From: a virus
IMG/VR virus record: IMGVR_UViG_3300042889_001061
Span: 47,145-111,144 of that record
Strand: one strand, 5' to 3'
DNA: 64,000 bases
Shown here: piece by piece, positions 28,877-39,768 of the stretch
Layout of the letters: every line of letters begins with the position of its first letter
Numbering within the stretch: position 1 is the stretch's first letter
Notes under the pieces: generated by a model
The model's database searches: none
What the model was told of the DNA's origin: nothing
What the model saw: only the letters and a program-made list of their open reading frames with translations
Program-made: the position numbers and the translations under genes

Positions 28877-29366
28877 TCGCGAAATCAGAAGTCGCGATGT
28901 TCGTCTAATCAACGAAGATGGAAGTAACGGAGGAGTCGTACCGTTCTTCACTGCATTGAACTTAGCGCAGAATCAAGGACTTGACTTGATTCAAATCAAT
29001 GCTACGACTAATCCTCCGGTTTGCAAAATAGGTGACTTGGGTAAGTACAAATACGAAGCGCAGAAGAAACAAAACGAGCAAAATAAAAAGAACAGAGAGA
29101 ATCGTGTGGACATCAAAGAAGTGCAACTTCGTCCTGCGATTGATACACATGATTTGGATATTAAAGTAAATAAGATCAAGGAGTGGATTGCCGACGGAGA
29201 TAAAGTTAAAGTTGTAATTCGTTTCCGTGGACGAGAAATGGCCAACCAATCAGTTGGATTTAAATTAATCGAACACATTATAGCAACAGTACCGAGTGCT
29301 AAAGTTGAAGGCCGTAGCGAAATTCAGGGCAATAGACTTACTGCTATAATCAGTCAAGCAAAGTGA
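28836..29366 (+). CDS. infC: Translation initiation factor IF-3
   Basis: NREIR..VRLI, PPVCKIGDLGKYKYE, KEVQLRPAIDTHDLDIK, RFRGRE. Confidence 0.95.
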   Translation: MANERQNENRILSNREIRSRDVRLINEDGSNGGVVPFFTALNLAQNQGLDLIQINATTNPPVCKIGDLGKYKYEAQKKQNEQNKKNRENRVDIKEVQLRPAIDTHDLDIKVNKIKEWIADGDKVKVVIRFRGREMANQSVGFKLIEHIIATVPSAKVEGRSEIQGNRLTAIISQAK

Positions 29367-29373
29367 GATAAAC

Positions 29374-29610
29374 ATGGCAAGAAAAGATGGCCCATTAATG
29401 GGCAGTAAAGTTATTGTACAAAACGATAACTGGGAAAAGGCATTACGCACTTTTAAGAAAAAGATTCTTGAAAGCGGTAAACTAATCGAACTTAAAGAAA
29501 AAGAGTTCTATGAAAAGCCAACGACTAAGCGTCGTAAGAATAAAAATCAACAAATTCGCCGGGCACAAAAGAAGCGCGAAGCAGAAGCACTACCGAAAAA
29601 AATGTATTGA
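29374..29610 (+). CDS. rpsU: Ribosomal protein bS21
   Basis: EKALRTFKKK...ELKEKEFYEKPTTKRR. Confidence 0.92.
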   Translation: MARKDGPLMGSKVIVQNDNWEKALRTFKKKILESGKLIELKEKEFYEKPTTKRRKNKNQQIRRAQKKREAEALPKKMY

Positions 29611-29611
29611 T

Positions 29612-29989
29612 ATGAATGACGATACTATAACTATTGATTTGAGTGAGGTCAAACCCGTAGAATTCTCATGGAACGAAAGTGACATGAGCACTAGTTTTAT
29701 AGCACAGGATGTTGGAACAGCTTATACTATATTAGGTAATAATCCTAATACTGTTACACTAAACAGTGGAATTAGTATTACAACTACAGGCATTGCCGCC
29801 AGCGGCAGCTATACCATTTCAACACCCTATGATGACATGGAACAGCGTTTAGCGAGATTGGAAAAGATCATAGCTGAAGAAGACGAAGTTCGCAAGAATC
29901 ATCCTGCTGTTCAAATGGCCTATGATGAGTATCGTTTGTTATACATTTTGGCAAAGAAAAATGCCGGCGACTACTTGACAGACGAGTGA
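29612..29989 (+). CDS. Hypothetical protein
   Basis: ORF downstream of rpsU; start moved to MNDD. Confidence 0.6.
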   Translation: MNDDTITIDLSEVKPVEFSWNESDMSTSFIAQDVGTAYTILGNNPNTVTLNSGISITTTGIAASGSYTISTPYDDMEQRLARLEKIIAEEDEVRKNHPAVQMAYDEYRLLYILAKKNAGDYLTDE

Positions 29990-30019
29990 TATTTTAGTAT
30001 AATACAAGATAAATAATAT

Positions 30020-30095
30020 TGTACAGTGCCAAGAGGGCTGTACAGTTAGGGCATGTAGCCCAAAACGTTCTTGCTTATTTAAGGAGAAAATTATG
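30020..30095 (+). promoter_or_regulatory. ROSE-like RNA thermometer in hsp20 5' UTR
   Basis: Two 5' hairpins, then TTCTTGCT pairing with the SD AGGAGAA. Confidence 0.7.
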
Positions 30096-30533
30096 AACGC
30101 ATTAACACGATTTGACACAGCCGCTTTACAGCAAATGAATAAAGCACTTATTGGATTTGACCGCTTGTTTACAGAACGAGCATACACTACAAATCCAACT
30201 TACCCTCCATACAATATCATTAAGAAAAGTGAAGACAACTACGAAATCGAAGTAGCAGTTGCTGGCTTTACACTTGATGAAATTGATGTAGAAGTCAATC
30301 AAAACCAACTTATTATTCGTGGACAAAGCCAGCGTGATGCTGACGCTGAAGTCGAATACTTACATAGAGGTCTTGCTAATAGAGACTTCGAAAAAGTACT
30401 TACATTAGCAGAACACATGCAAGTGGGTGACGCTAGTATCAAGGATGGAGTTCTTAGAGTAGAAATAACTAGGATTGTACCTGAGGCATTAAAACCTCGC
30501 AAAATCAACGTTATCGGCATCGATAAGAACTAA
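30093..30533 (+). CDS. Small heat-shock protein Hsp20 (IbpA-like)
   Basis: YPPYNI, IEVAVAGF, YLHRGLANRDF, VPEALKPRKI. Confidence 0.95.
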   Translation: MNALTRFDTAALQQMNKALIGFDRLFTERAYTTNPTYPPYNIIKKSEDNYEIEVAVAGFTLDEIDVEVNQNQLIIRGQSQRDADAEVEYLHRGLANRDFEKVLTLAEHMQVGDASIKDGVLRVEITRIVPEALKPRKINVIGIDKN

Positions 30534-30588
30534 AGCGTAAGATGGGGGACATTTCGTCCCCCTGATAAATACTAATACAAGGAATAAA

Positions 30589-30891
30589 ATGACTTTAATG
30601 GCAACAGAAACTTCTCAAACTACAAAAATCGTTATTAAAAAACCTAGCTTATATAAGGTTATTTTTAACAACGACGAAAGCACACCTGCTGATTTTGTCA
30701 AGGATTTATTAAAAGCCATTTTCCATCATGATGATATTCGGGCAGAGAATATCACTACGGAAATCCATGAACAGGGCAAAGGCGTAGCAGGCATTTATAC
30801 GTTTGAAGTAGCCGAACAAAAACATCAAGAAGCCATTTATGTAGCCCGCACAAATGGACACCCACTAAACATTAATTTAGAGTCAGAATAA
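30589..30891 (+). CDS. clpS: Clp protease adaptor ClpS
   Basis: PSLYKVIFNNDESTP.DFV, IHEQGKGVAGIYTFEVAEQK, GHPL. Confidence 0.92.
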   Translation: MTLMATETSQTTKIVIKKPSLYKVIFNNDESTPADFVKDLLKAIFHHDDIRAENITTEIHEQGKGVAGIYTFEVAEQKHQEAIYVARTNGHPLNINLESE

Positions 30892-31172
30892 TGGATCCCA
30901 AAACAAAAGAAGCATTGGACATTCTCCAAGAAGAATGTGCTGAGGTAATCCAAGCTGTGAGTAAAATCAGCCGCTTTGGATTAGATAATTTAAAACCAGG
31001 TAAACCTAAAACTAATAAAGAACATTTAGAAGAGGAACTAGGCGACTTGTTGGCTATGGTTGATATCTTATTAGAAAAAGGCATTGTTTCTAAAACATCT
31101 CTAGATTCTGCTAATAAAGCTAAAATTGAAAAACTAAAAAAGTGGAGTAATATTTTTAGTACTGAAGCGTAA
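30891..31172 (+). CDS. MazG-like nucleotide pyrophosphohydrolase
   Basis: QEECAEVIQA ... LEEELGDLL. Confidence 0.85.
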   Translation: MDPKTKEALDILQEECAEVIQAVSKISRFGLDNLKPGKPKTNKEHLEEELGDLLAMVDILLEKGIVSKTSLDSANKAKIEKLKKWSNIFSTEA

Positions 31173-31260
31173 TATCAGTGTTTATACTGAGTAAATATTG
31201 CATTGCAACATAAATAGTATTAGTAGAAACCATGAGTTTCTCATACTAAAGGAAAACGCA

Positions 31261-31425
31261 ATGACAGCAACAATAGCAAAACTAGTTGAGCGTCTAGCAG
31301 AGATGTTTCCAAAAGAGAACTATCAAAGTAAATTAGATGCTTACCTTTCAAATAAAAACGTTAAAGACATCAGTGAAGTAGAACATTGGACCAAAGAATT
31401 TGACCGTAAAGGAAATTACCTATGA
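31261..31425 (+). CDS. Small protein (DUF3563-like)
   Basis: DAYLS...DISEVE...FDR. Confidence 0.5.
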   Translation: MTATIAKLVERLAEMFPKENYQSKLDAYLSNKNVKDISEVEHWTKEFDRKGNYL

Positions 31426-31697
31426 AAAATATTTTAAGCTCAATATATGAAATCTTCGAAAGCATAGGCAAAGCCAAAACAGCCGCACATTTAACTCGTT
31501 GCGGAATGCACGCCGAAGCCAAAGCGTTAATGATGGAGAAATCACTGTGAAATCTATTAAAAACTTTCTAAATACAGTTTTTGAAATTTTCATCGAAACA
31601 CGCAAATTAAAAGCCGAATCTTTTGCTCGTAAATATAGCAAACTATAATTATTTGAAAACTTAGATATATAGTTTATCCCACCCCCAAGGAGACTGT

Positions 31698-32126
31698 ATG
31701 GCCAAGAAGAAGGACATTACCAGAACCAAATTATTCAAAATGGTTCAAAGTTTCGACGAGCACGATGCCAAGTTTAGGCCTACGATTTCTGATTGCAGGG
31801 AAATCTGGCGTAATATCAATCGCAATGTTTTCAATAACGAACTTAAAATGCCAAGTTTTAGGTTAGTATATACAAAAGCATTTTGGGGTGAATGCCAGGG
31901 TGTTTTAGAAGATCAAACTCGAGTTAAAATGAAAATCAATAAGAGTTTCTTAAGCAAACGATTATTCATTAATACCATGGCTCATGAAATGGTTCATCAG
32001 TGGGAATGGCTAGTTAATGAGAATATGACTCATGGTCCGCAATTCTTTTTATGGCGAGAGCAATTAACCAACTATAATATCACATTAAGCCGATGTTATA
32101 GAATGAAACATTATAGATTAGATTAA
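31698..32126 (+). CDS. SprT-like zinc metalloprotease domain protein
   Basis: NVFNNEL, TMAHEMVHQW, HGPQF. Confidence 0.82.
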   Translation: MAKKKDITRTKLFKMVQSFDEHDAKFRPTISDCREIWRNINRNVFNNELKMPSFRLVYTKAFWGECQGVLEDQTRVKMKINKSFLSKRLFINTMAHEMVHQWEWLVNENMTHGPQFFLWREQLTNYNITLSRCYRMKHYRLD

Positions 32127-32227
32127 TAATATTATATAGATAATCGAATATAATCATTATACGATGGTTATCTACATTAATATTTTAATTGACATAAACT
32201 AAATCTTCTGTTATAATAATATTTTAA

Positions 32228-32305
32228 GCAACGGTGGCAGAGCGGCCCAATGCAACGGATTGCAAATCCGTAAAACCGGGGGTTCAAATCCCTCCCGTTG
32301 CTCCA
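32228..32305 (+). tRNA. tRNA-Cys(GCA)
   Basis: ACGGA-TTGCAAA-TCCGT, U73, CCA; own TTGACA/TATAAT promoter. Confidence 0.95.
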
Positions 32306-32348
32306 ATTTTAAATTGGCACAAATTGGTTTCTGTGTTATAATTAATAC

Positions 32349-32663
32349 ATGATGAAACGCAAAACACGTACAGATAGAAACCATGCAATATATGTTATCA
32401 CTAACTCTGTGACAGCAGAGCAGTATGTTGGTGTTACAGTTTGCAGTGGTAACGTCAAAAAAGCACTGAAAGTTCGTATGCAAAAACACGTTCGTCGTGC
32501 TTTAACAGAAAACAAAGACTGGGCATTGTGCAAGAGCATTCGTGCTCATGGCGTTGATGCTTTTACATATGGTTTGTTAGAGACACTTCGCGGCAAGGCT
32601 CCTGCTCACGCACGTGAACGTGAATTGACCAAGATTCACAGTCCAGTTTTGAACACGCTTTAA
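32349..32663 (+). CDS. GIY-YIG nuclease-like protein
   Basis: AIYVITN...QYVG...R..KH...E..L...LN. Confidence 0.7.
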   Translation: MMKRKTRTDRNHAIYVITNSVTAEQYVGVTVCSGNVKKALKVRMQKHVRRALTENKDWALCKSIRAHGVDAFTYGLLETLRGKAPAHARERELTKIHSPVLNTL

Positions 32664-32665
32664 TA

Positions 32666-34057
32666 TTAGACAGGGCTGTGTCTTGCTAAATTAGCAAGAG
32701 GTTGCTCTAACATTATATCAGGGCAATGTCTTGCTAAGATGTCATGTACTTCTGGCAAGACCTTTCGCCAGTTGGTGCCCCTGATTTTATCTAGTTTGTC
32801 CATTACTGTTACAAATTCTTGATATTTTTTTGAATTTTCTCGGTCTATATATTTTTCTAATAATTTAATAATTGCTTTATACCACTTGGTGCGATTTTCT
32901 GTATGATGCATTAAATTTTTATAATGTTCGATGATTTCTTCCTTGGCCGATCTTGGTAAAGATCGCAGATCTAACCAAGCTGGACCTTCTAAAAATCTAA
33001 ATTCTGCAGGGACGTCTAGTTCTTCGGCAACTTCAACTATTCGTTCTATAGAGTATATAGACGCGAGTCCTATACAACATGAAAGATAACGTATACTCAT
33101 ACCATTTTCTTTAATAGTTTTTATGTTCTTAACAATATTATTATAATTTCCCGGAAAACGAATAAGATTGTATCTTTCCTCCACGTCGTCGAGACTAACA
33201 CAAAAGTCAATATTCTTAAAGAATTTAAATTTTTCAATAATCTTATTATTGATTACAGTTAAATTTGTATCGTATCGCAGTGTAATATTTTTTGCAAAAT
33301 CCCTTGCTATTAAACGATTTAATATTTCAGTCATAGCAGGAGAAATCAACGGCTCGCCACCGGAAAAATAAATGTATCTCAAGTCGGGTGCAATCTTATC
33401 AAAACGTTCCCACCAAATATCACTTTCCCACCATTTCGAATAATCTAAAATCTCTCGACCTTTGGTATCTGTGGTCATCCTATAATCTTTGTCACCCCAC
33501 TCAGTACCCGCCGGCGTAACTTGGACATCGCCCCAAAGTTTACTCCAATCTTCATACCAAAGACTGCTGTATTCAGGACTGCACATTATACATTTTTGAT
33601 TGCATAAATTGCTCAATCGAAGGCCTAAATTTACAACCTTGGCAGTTGAAGTACCATCGGGTAATGTATATTGATCGGCCTGATCCCAGCGGACATATTC
33701 TGGAATCCGTTTAGTCATATGCCTATTGACTCGTTGTCTTTTACTCTTGCCCCATTTTTTAACATCTTCGTCGCCTGGCACATCAAGGCCTTTAGTGCTA
33801 TGCTCAGCATCATAACAATTACGACATCTCGTTACTTTAATATTTTCTTTAAGTTGTAATCGATGATTTTTATGGGTTACACTATTAATAGCCTCTTCTA
33901 TGGAATGGGTCATGACATTCATTACGTTGCCATTCTCATCATGCGCCATTCCATAATCTTTATTATAATTTGCCAGGCAACATATTTTATAGTCACCGAG
34001 TGTGTTGATTTCTATTTGGCTCCACAACTCGCCACAAAAACTTTCTAAATTAAACAT
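32666..34057 (-). CDS. Radical SAM protein with N-terminal Cys-rich (twitch/SPASM-like) domain
   Basis: NLCNQKCIMC, FSGGEP, N-terminal C...CC...CRNC. Confidence 0.9.
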   Translation of the reverse strand: MFNLESFCGELWSQIEINTLGDYKICCLANYNKDYGMAHDENGNVMNVMTHSIEEAINSVTHKNHRLQLKENIKVTRCRNCYDAEHSTKGLDVPGDEDVKKWGKSKRQRVNRHMTKRIPEYVRWDQADQYTLPDGTSTAKVVNLGLRLSNLCNQKCIMCSPEYSSLWYEDWSKLWGDVQVTPAGTEWGDKDYRMTTDTKGREILDYSKWWESDIWWERFDKIAPDLRYIYFSGGEPLISPAMTEILNRLIARDFAKNITLRYDTNLTVINNKIIEKFKFFKNIDFCVSLDDVEERYNLIRFPGNYNNIVKNIKTIKENGMSIRYLSCCIGLASIYSIERIVEVAEELDVPAEFRFLEGPAWLDLRSLPRSAKEEIIEHYKNLMHHTENRTKWYKAIIKLLEKYIDRENSKKYQEFVTVMDKLDKIRGTNWRKVLPEVHDILARHCPDIMLEQPLANLARHSPV

Positions 34058-34157
34058 AACAATATTTATTTCATAATTCCGTAAATACAGACTTATAAAT
34101 TAAATTGACATAAATTTAAATTGACTGTATAATACATTATCGTAACTAGGAGCATTT

Positions 34158-34331
34158 ATGGCAGGCAAAGCAAAATCAATCTATCTCACAATACTGCCCA
34201 AGGGTCAGCATATGAGTGTTTTTAAGAAAGTATTCTTTGAAGCCAAGTCTTACAATGAATACATCAAGTCAGAAGAGTTCAAAGCCAAGTGGCCCGCAGA
34301 CCAATTTGACATTGTTAAAGAAACCTATTAA
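34158..34331 (+). CDS. Small hypothetical protein
   Basis: Promoter plus AGGAG RBS; MAGKAKSIYLTILPKG... Confidence 0.65.
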   Translation: MAGKAKSIYLTILPKGQHMSVFKKVFFEAKSYNEYIKSEEFKAKWPADQFDIVKETY

Positions 34332-34392
34332 TTGACACAAATTGGTTTCGGCGTTATAATACATACATAGTTTAACAAAACAGGAGTTTGAA

Positions 34393-34857
34393 ATGGGAAC
34401 ACGTAGTCGTATTGGTGTTATGCATGGTGAAATCTGCAAGTCAGTATACTGTCACTGGGATGGTTATTTGGAACACAATGGTGCCATCCTACAAGAACAC
34501 TATGACAGCGCCAAGGCCAATAACCTAGTGGCACTGGGTGACTTGTCAAGTCTCAAAGCCACGATTGGCGAGAAGCACGCCTTTAGCCAGTTTGAGTTGC
34601 GGGCTGAAGAAGTTGCGGGCTACAAACTGTTGACTGAGAATATGTGTACATTCTACGGTCGCGACCGCGGTGAAGAAGGTGTAGAGTTTAAGTCAGACAT
34701 GACCTTTGCAGACTTCTTGGATCGTGTGGACAACTGTGGTGCAGAGTATTACTATATCATGCGTGATGGTGTATGGTATACAGGTTGCCCTGGTAAAGGT
34801 TCCAAGTTGGTGCCTTTGGCAGAAGCATTGGCCGCAGTCAAAGAGACAGTAGAATGA
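34393..34857 (+). CDS. Phage protein with YCHWDGY motif
   Basis: MGTRSRIG...VYCHWDGY. Confidence 0.75.
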   Translation: MGTRSRIGVMHGEICKSVYCHWDGYLEHNGAILQEHYDSAKANNLVALGDLSSLKATIGEKHAFSQFELRAEEVAGYKLLTENMCTFYGRDRGEEGVEFKSDMTFADFLDRVDNCGAEYYYIMRDGVWYTGCPGKGSKLVPLAEALAAVKETVE

Positions 34858-34961
34858 TTATCGTATTGGGAATGTGTTTTGGAGTTTGTTTAGGTGTAGC
34901 GATACATCTTTATTATAAGAACAAAGAATAACTAATGTAGAAGTTGCGTAAAGGATTTAAA

Positions 34962-35282
34962 ATGGAATATCAACGACGATTTGATGACCAAGGTTTGGTA
35001 GCAGTATTGATCTCCTCTGGCTTTGGTGCTGGTTGGAGCACTTGGGCACACGTACATGAACGAGAAGGCCTGTTGTTCGACAGCCGACTGGTTGACTATG
35101 TGTTGCAGACAGGCACAGAAGGCTTGGCAGACTATGCCGAGTCCTTGGGTTATACAAGCTACGGTGGCGGTGCAGAAGATGTTCGAGTAGAATGGTTGGA
35201 ACAAGGCACACGATTCTATGTAGAAGAATACGACGGCAGCGAAAGCATCCGTACATTCGATCACTTGAGTCACGTAGCATAA
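34962..35282 (+). CDS. Hypothetical phage protein
   Basis: SSGFGAGWSTW...EEYDGSE. Confidence 0.7.
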   Translation: MEYQRRFDDQGLVAVLISSGFGAGWSTWAHVHEREGLLFDSRLVDYVLQTGTEGLADYAESLGYTSYGGGAEDVRVEWLEQGTRFYVEEYDGSESIRTFDHLSHVA

Positions 35283-35291
35283 GGAAATAAA

Positions 35292-35648
35292 ATGGCAGGA
35301 TATCAATCAGTATTGGCACTTCGCAGTCTTGAAGCAGAAATCGATGCACTTGGCTTCATTCTCTGCGATCCCAAAACGGGCTGGGGCGGCGATGACTTTA
35401 ATAACTTAGTGGGCATTAGACCCAAAACCATTGATGCCCTGCCAATTTATGCCCGTGACGCAGAAATCTTTAGAGGTACACTAGAAGAACTTCGAGTATG
35501 GGTTCGAGGTGTTCATTGGGCTCGCGAGTATGACCGTATGCTCAAAGTCAGCGACGATAAAACACGAGCAAAGAAAGAAGATCATGAGCGCGGCCGACAA
35601 TTAATTGCCAAACTTAAAAAAGACCACACTAATGTCATCGCAGAATAA
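35292..35648 (+). CDS. Hypothetical protein
   Basis: AAGGAA RBS. Confidence 0.65.
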   Translation: MAGYQSVLALRSLEAEIDALGFILCDPKTGWGGDDFNNLVGIRPKTIDALPIYARDAEIFRGTLEELRVWVRGVHWAREYDRMLKVSDDKTRAKKEDHERGRQLIAKLKKDHTNVIAE

Positions 35649-35964
35649 ATTCCTTGCTATGTGGGACTGCAACGGTCTCGAGTGTTTGTTTGACATCACA
35701 GATTTAGAAGGCGATAATTTTATGGCAACGCTGAAAGGCCAAACACATAAAACTCCTTTTAATATTGGCACGATGATGCTTAGGGCACGATATAACAGCC
35801 AGCGTAGTTATGAGATTTATATCTTTGATACAGACGAAACAATGGACTATGATTTCGTTAAAGATATGTTTGATAATGATCCTCAGATCATTGTAAATTC
35901 TATTCGTGAGAATGGCAGAAAATTGTACAGCGATTACAGTCCAAAACAGCGAGCTATATCTTGA
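35632..35964 (+). CDS. Hypothetical protein
   Basis: Overlaps upstream gene. Confidence 0.6.
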   Translation: MSSQNKFLAMWDCNGLECLFDITDLEGDNFMATLKGQTHKTPFNIGTMMLRARYNSQRSYEIYIFDTDETMDYDFVKDMFDNDPQIIVNSIRENGRKLYSDYSPKQRAIS

Positions 35965-36126
35965 CTTTATTAGTAAAAGAGTATAATATATGTAAAGCAA
36001 TATCGCTGACAAACCTTGTTGAATTGATAAATGGTTATATTCGACAAGGCTGGCAACCTTTTGGAAGTGTGGCGCAGGTAGAGGGTGAACACGGTATTAG
36101 AGAATACTGCCAAACAATGGTGAAAT

Positions 36127-38144
36127 ATGAATAAAAAACTTAGACAATTTGAAAAACAAAGTGGTCTTGATATCTACGGACTTGGTGCTAGAAGAGAAAT
36201 TTGGGACAAGGCCATGGAAAAATATGCCAAGTTGATCATACAAGACTGCATCGAAATTAACAAGCAAGAACTTTCATTTACAGCGTTCGAGCGCTTGATG
36301 AACAAGTATCAAGAAAATTTCGGAGTTGAAGAATGAATTTTTTTTGGGGATTCCTGTTAGGGTATATTGTGGGAGTGCTGTACATGGCATATCGTTCTAA
36401 CACGGATTCGAGGACAACCACAGAATGAATACTATAATATTAGCATGGGTACTAGTGGTAGGGGCGCACGGAGACAATACTCCTCCTATAATCTCTCCTT
36501 TGGTAGCAGACTTGGCCAGTTGTGAGCGTATGCAACAAGCGGTGAGGATTGGTCGGGATCGCAGTTCACAATGCGTGGAAATAAAGGTATTGAAATGAAC
36601 AAACGAATTAAAGAACTTTACCAACAGGCTTACGATTCAGTACATGAATTTCAGGCAGGCATGCTAGTATTAGATCCTGTAGAAGAAAAGTTCGCCGAGT
36701 TGATTGTGCAAGAATGTATTCTAACTATCCAAATGGGAATTACTCGTGATGGATACGATACTGAAAAGTATCAAAGGTCAATGAAACATATTAAACAGAT
36801 TAAAGAACATTTCGGAGTTGAATAATGGACATAGATAAATCAGCGGTATTCCTAGCAGGCAGTGTATTAATTATGCTTGGGTTCGTTATAATTGTTGCAG
36901 GCATTGCAGTAATCAACAATATCTTGCACAAGTACTGGAAACCTGTGAAAATATTCACAGCAGACAGTTGGCAACCTTTTGGCGGAACATCGCTTCCCCG
37001 CTATGCAACGGAAGAAGAACTAAAGATTGCATCTCGCCTTAACGAAGGGAAGAATAAACCATGAACTCACGAATTAAACAACTTGCTGAACAAGCTACTA
37101 CCTACATTGATCCAACAGCCAATGACGGGGTATGTTGGGACTTTGACAAAGAAAAGTTCGCCCAGCTGATTGTGCGGGAATGTGCTGGTATCTTTGAGGG
37201 AGTCTATACAGATCAACAAAGGCCCGAGCGTATTGATACCAGAATCAAAGAACATTTCGGAGTTGAAGAATGAACACTCCAATTGTACCAGATAATAAAT
37301 TCAAGTTTTGGGCGGATCCTAGATTTGAAATACTGGCCGAAGTTGATAAACTGTTGAACGGTAGCAAGATTTGGGGCGGTATGGAGTGGAGCTATCATCC
37401 TATCCATCCTGTCAAATATCGTCCTGTTGCTGAAAAAGTTCGAGTAGCAATGGATGCGCTAAAAGCTGAATACGGAATTGAAGAATGATTAACGATATTT
37501 TCCTTTGGATGATGGCGCTGCCACAGTTTTGGCTACAGGTCATGTGGGTAGGCAGTATTGTTATGCCAATTGTGCTACTGGGTGTTTTTAGGATCTTACA
37601 ATGAACGAACGAATTCGACAACTTGCTGAAAAAGCAAACATTGAGTTTACCTATGACCCAACAGAGACACCTGTCAGAGCATTTGTCGAGTGTTGGGAAG
37701 ATGAACTTGAAAAGTTCGCTGACATGATTGTGCAAGAATGCGGTGTAGCATTGAGTCCTATGTTGCGTGATATGATCAGCCGTGGGCAGGCTGTGGAGTT
37801 GATTAAGAAACATTTTGGAGTTGAACTATGACACAGAACGATTGGGTATTACTAATGTGTCTAGCAATTGGATGGCTACAGGGTCTGTATATTGGATGGT
37901 TACTGTGGCGTAGACCACAATTGAAATATCACGGAGTTGAAGAATGAACTTACGAATTCAAGAACTTTTAAAACAAGCTAGGGTCACTGATAACTGGAAC
38001 AAGGCAGACTGGTACAGTATGAGTCCAGAGATGATTGAAAAATTCGCCCAGTTGATTGTCAAGGAATGTGCCGAGGTAGCTGATAAAGCAGAACCGTATC
38101 AGACCAGTGATTTGATTTTGAAACATTTCGGAGTTGAACTATGA
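36127..38144 (+). repeat. Array 1 of 'MNERI..EKFAELIV.EC..HFGVEE' paralogs (36127, 36595, 37061, 37601, 37944) with interspersed small genes
   Basis: Conserved protein ends; DNA junction CATTT(C/T)GGAGTTGAA(GA/CT)ATGA. Confidence 0.88.
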
Positions 38145-39304
38145 AAAATTTACTTTGTTATCCACGTAAAATTCACTTTGGTATAATTGCATTAGTTTCT
38201 ACTTGTGCAGTTTCGCAAACTGTACTACCTATGAAGGATGGGCAATTCTTCATGCCAGACGAATGGTTGATGAGCGTGGGGCAACCTTATCATTATAAAA
38301 TTCCAGCATCTAATAATGGAGCAGTTATATCTAGTAGAGCACCCATCAATTCTGAAAAATCAGTAATTGAAAGAGCTAATTCTTATCTAGACAAATCTGC
38401 ATCTAAAGTTATTTTACTAGGTGATGGTAAGAAAATTGTTCATGTAAATTTTAAATCACCTGCTAATGAATCAAAGTTGTATCTAAGTGCTAGTATGGAT
38501 AAAACTATTACAGCATTGAGTGCTGGAGTTGCAATCTGTGACGGTAAAATTTCGTTAACTACTAAAGCACAAGATCTAATTCCTAGCCTAACGGGCACCG
38601 ACTTGGGTCGAAGCACATTAGAAGATAACTTGAAAATGGCATCGGGCACAGTAACAGCTATGGACGATGGCCAAAGTGAAACTCCTGCAGAATTGGCTAG
38701 CAGAATGTCGGGTAAAACTAATTTTATGGACATACTATCAGGAAGGCTAGGAAAAGCTCGTACAACAATATTTGGTAAAAAGACTCAGCCCGGCGAAACA
38801 TTTGATTATAAATCACAAGATCCATTGCTAGTAGGTATGATGATTTCTGCCGCATACGGACAAGAAGGAAAGAATTTAAGGGCATGGCAAGAGAAGAACT
38901 TTTGGCCAAAGGTTCGTGTAAATGATAGAATCATACAAGGCGAAGACCAATCGGGATATGCACAGTCGGATGGTAACACTCGTTTAACTATTGCAGATTG
39001 GACTCGGTTGGCAAATTTTGTTATAGACAGTCGTAAAGAAACTGGATGCTATGGTGATTTTGTACGTTCGGCAACCAAGACACAAATTAAAACAGATAAT
39101 CGATTTGCTAAAATGTACAATGGTTATGGATACTTTATATGGTCAGATAATTCTCAACTACCAGGTAGCTTCTCATCTTTGGGTTACGGTGGTCAAAGCA
39201 TTACTTGGAATACAAAGAATGACAAATATGTTATTGTATTCTCCAATCAAGGAGATTTAACTGGTGTACATAAAATTGCAGATCAATGGTTCAACGCAAA
39301 ATGA
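38141..39304 (+). CDS. Serine hydrolase, beta-lactamase (AmpC-like) family
   Basis: ASMDK (SxxK), PGETFDYKS, YGYFIW, LGYGGQ. Confidence 0.8.
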   Translation: MKNLLCYPRKIHFGIIALVSTCAVSQTVLPMKDGQFFMPDEWLMSVGQPYHYKIPASNNGAVISSRAPINSEKSVIERANSYLDKSASKVILLGDGKKIVHVNFKSPANESKLYLSASMDKTITALSAGVAICDGKISLTTKAQDLIPSLTGTDLGRSTLEDNLKMASGTVTAMDDGQSETPAELASRMSGKTNFMDILSGRLGKARTTIFGKKTQPGETFDYKSQDPLLVGMMISAAYGQEGKNLRAWQEKNFWPKVRVNDRIIQGEDQSGYAQSDGNTRLTIADWTRLANFVIDSRKETGCYGDFVRSATKTQIKTDNRFAKMYNGYGYFIWSDNSQLPGSFSSLGYGGQSITWNTKNDKYVIVFSNQGDLTGVHKIADQWFNAK

Positions 39305-39768
39305 AAAAAATATTCTATGAAAAAGTCGGCCGAAGATATAAACCTGTGGCCGAATACGACAATGAATACCTTGACAGTTTTCCTAAAGGTGCTCATTTAG
39401 TCTTGGTTAACCCTGGTATTAGTAGTCGTAGGTTTCGCATTGATCCAGCTCTTGCTCCAATGATTGCCGCGGGACATTATGCCGAAGATGCTATCTGTGA
39501 TGCACTTCGCAGAGCCAGCGAAATGAAACCTCAACGCACACCCATTACTACAGGTCAACTCAAGGCTTGGAAAAAACTAGCCAAAGAGTTTGGTGATGAA
39601 TTATGTCCATTGATGCAGGCCAGTGCCAGAGATTTAGCAGAAGCCGGAGTGCAGGCCATGCAAATAGAAGCAGATAAACTCATGCAAAATGCCGCAGTAA
39701 AAGAAGCCTACGATCATTTTATGTTCTTGGCCAAGTTGACCTACGATGAAAATCAAAACAAAGTCTAA
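39301..39768 (+). CDS. Hypothetical protein
   Basis: MKKIFYEKVGRRYKPV. Confidence 0.65.
   Translation: MKKIFYEKVGRRYKPVAEYDNEYLDSFPKGAHLVLVNPGISSRRFRIDPALAPMIAAGHYAEDAICDALRRASEMKPQRTPITTGQLKAWKKLAKEFGDELCPLMQASARDLAEAGVQAMQIEADKLMQNAAVKEAYDHFMFLAKLTYDENQNKV

Noticed and set aside
36127-38144. Diversity-generating retroelement or integron
   Set aside because: No reverse transcriptase or integrase in the window; variation is not adenine-specific and there are no attC-like palindromes.
38141-39304. Antibiotic-resistance beta-lactamase
   Set aside because: Only fold-level motifs are present and the YxN motif is altered to YKS, so resistance cannot be claimed.
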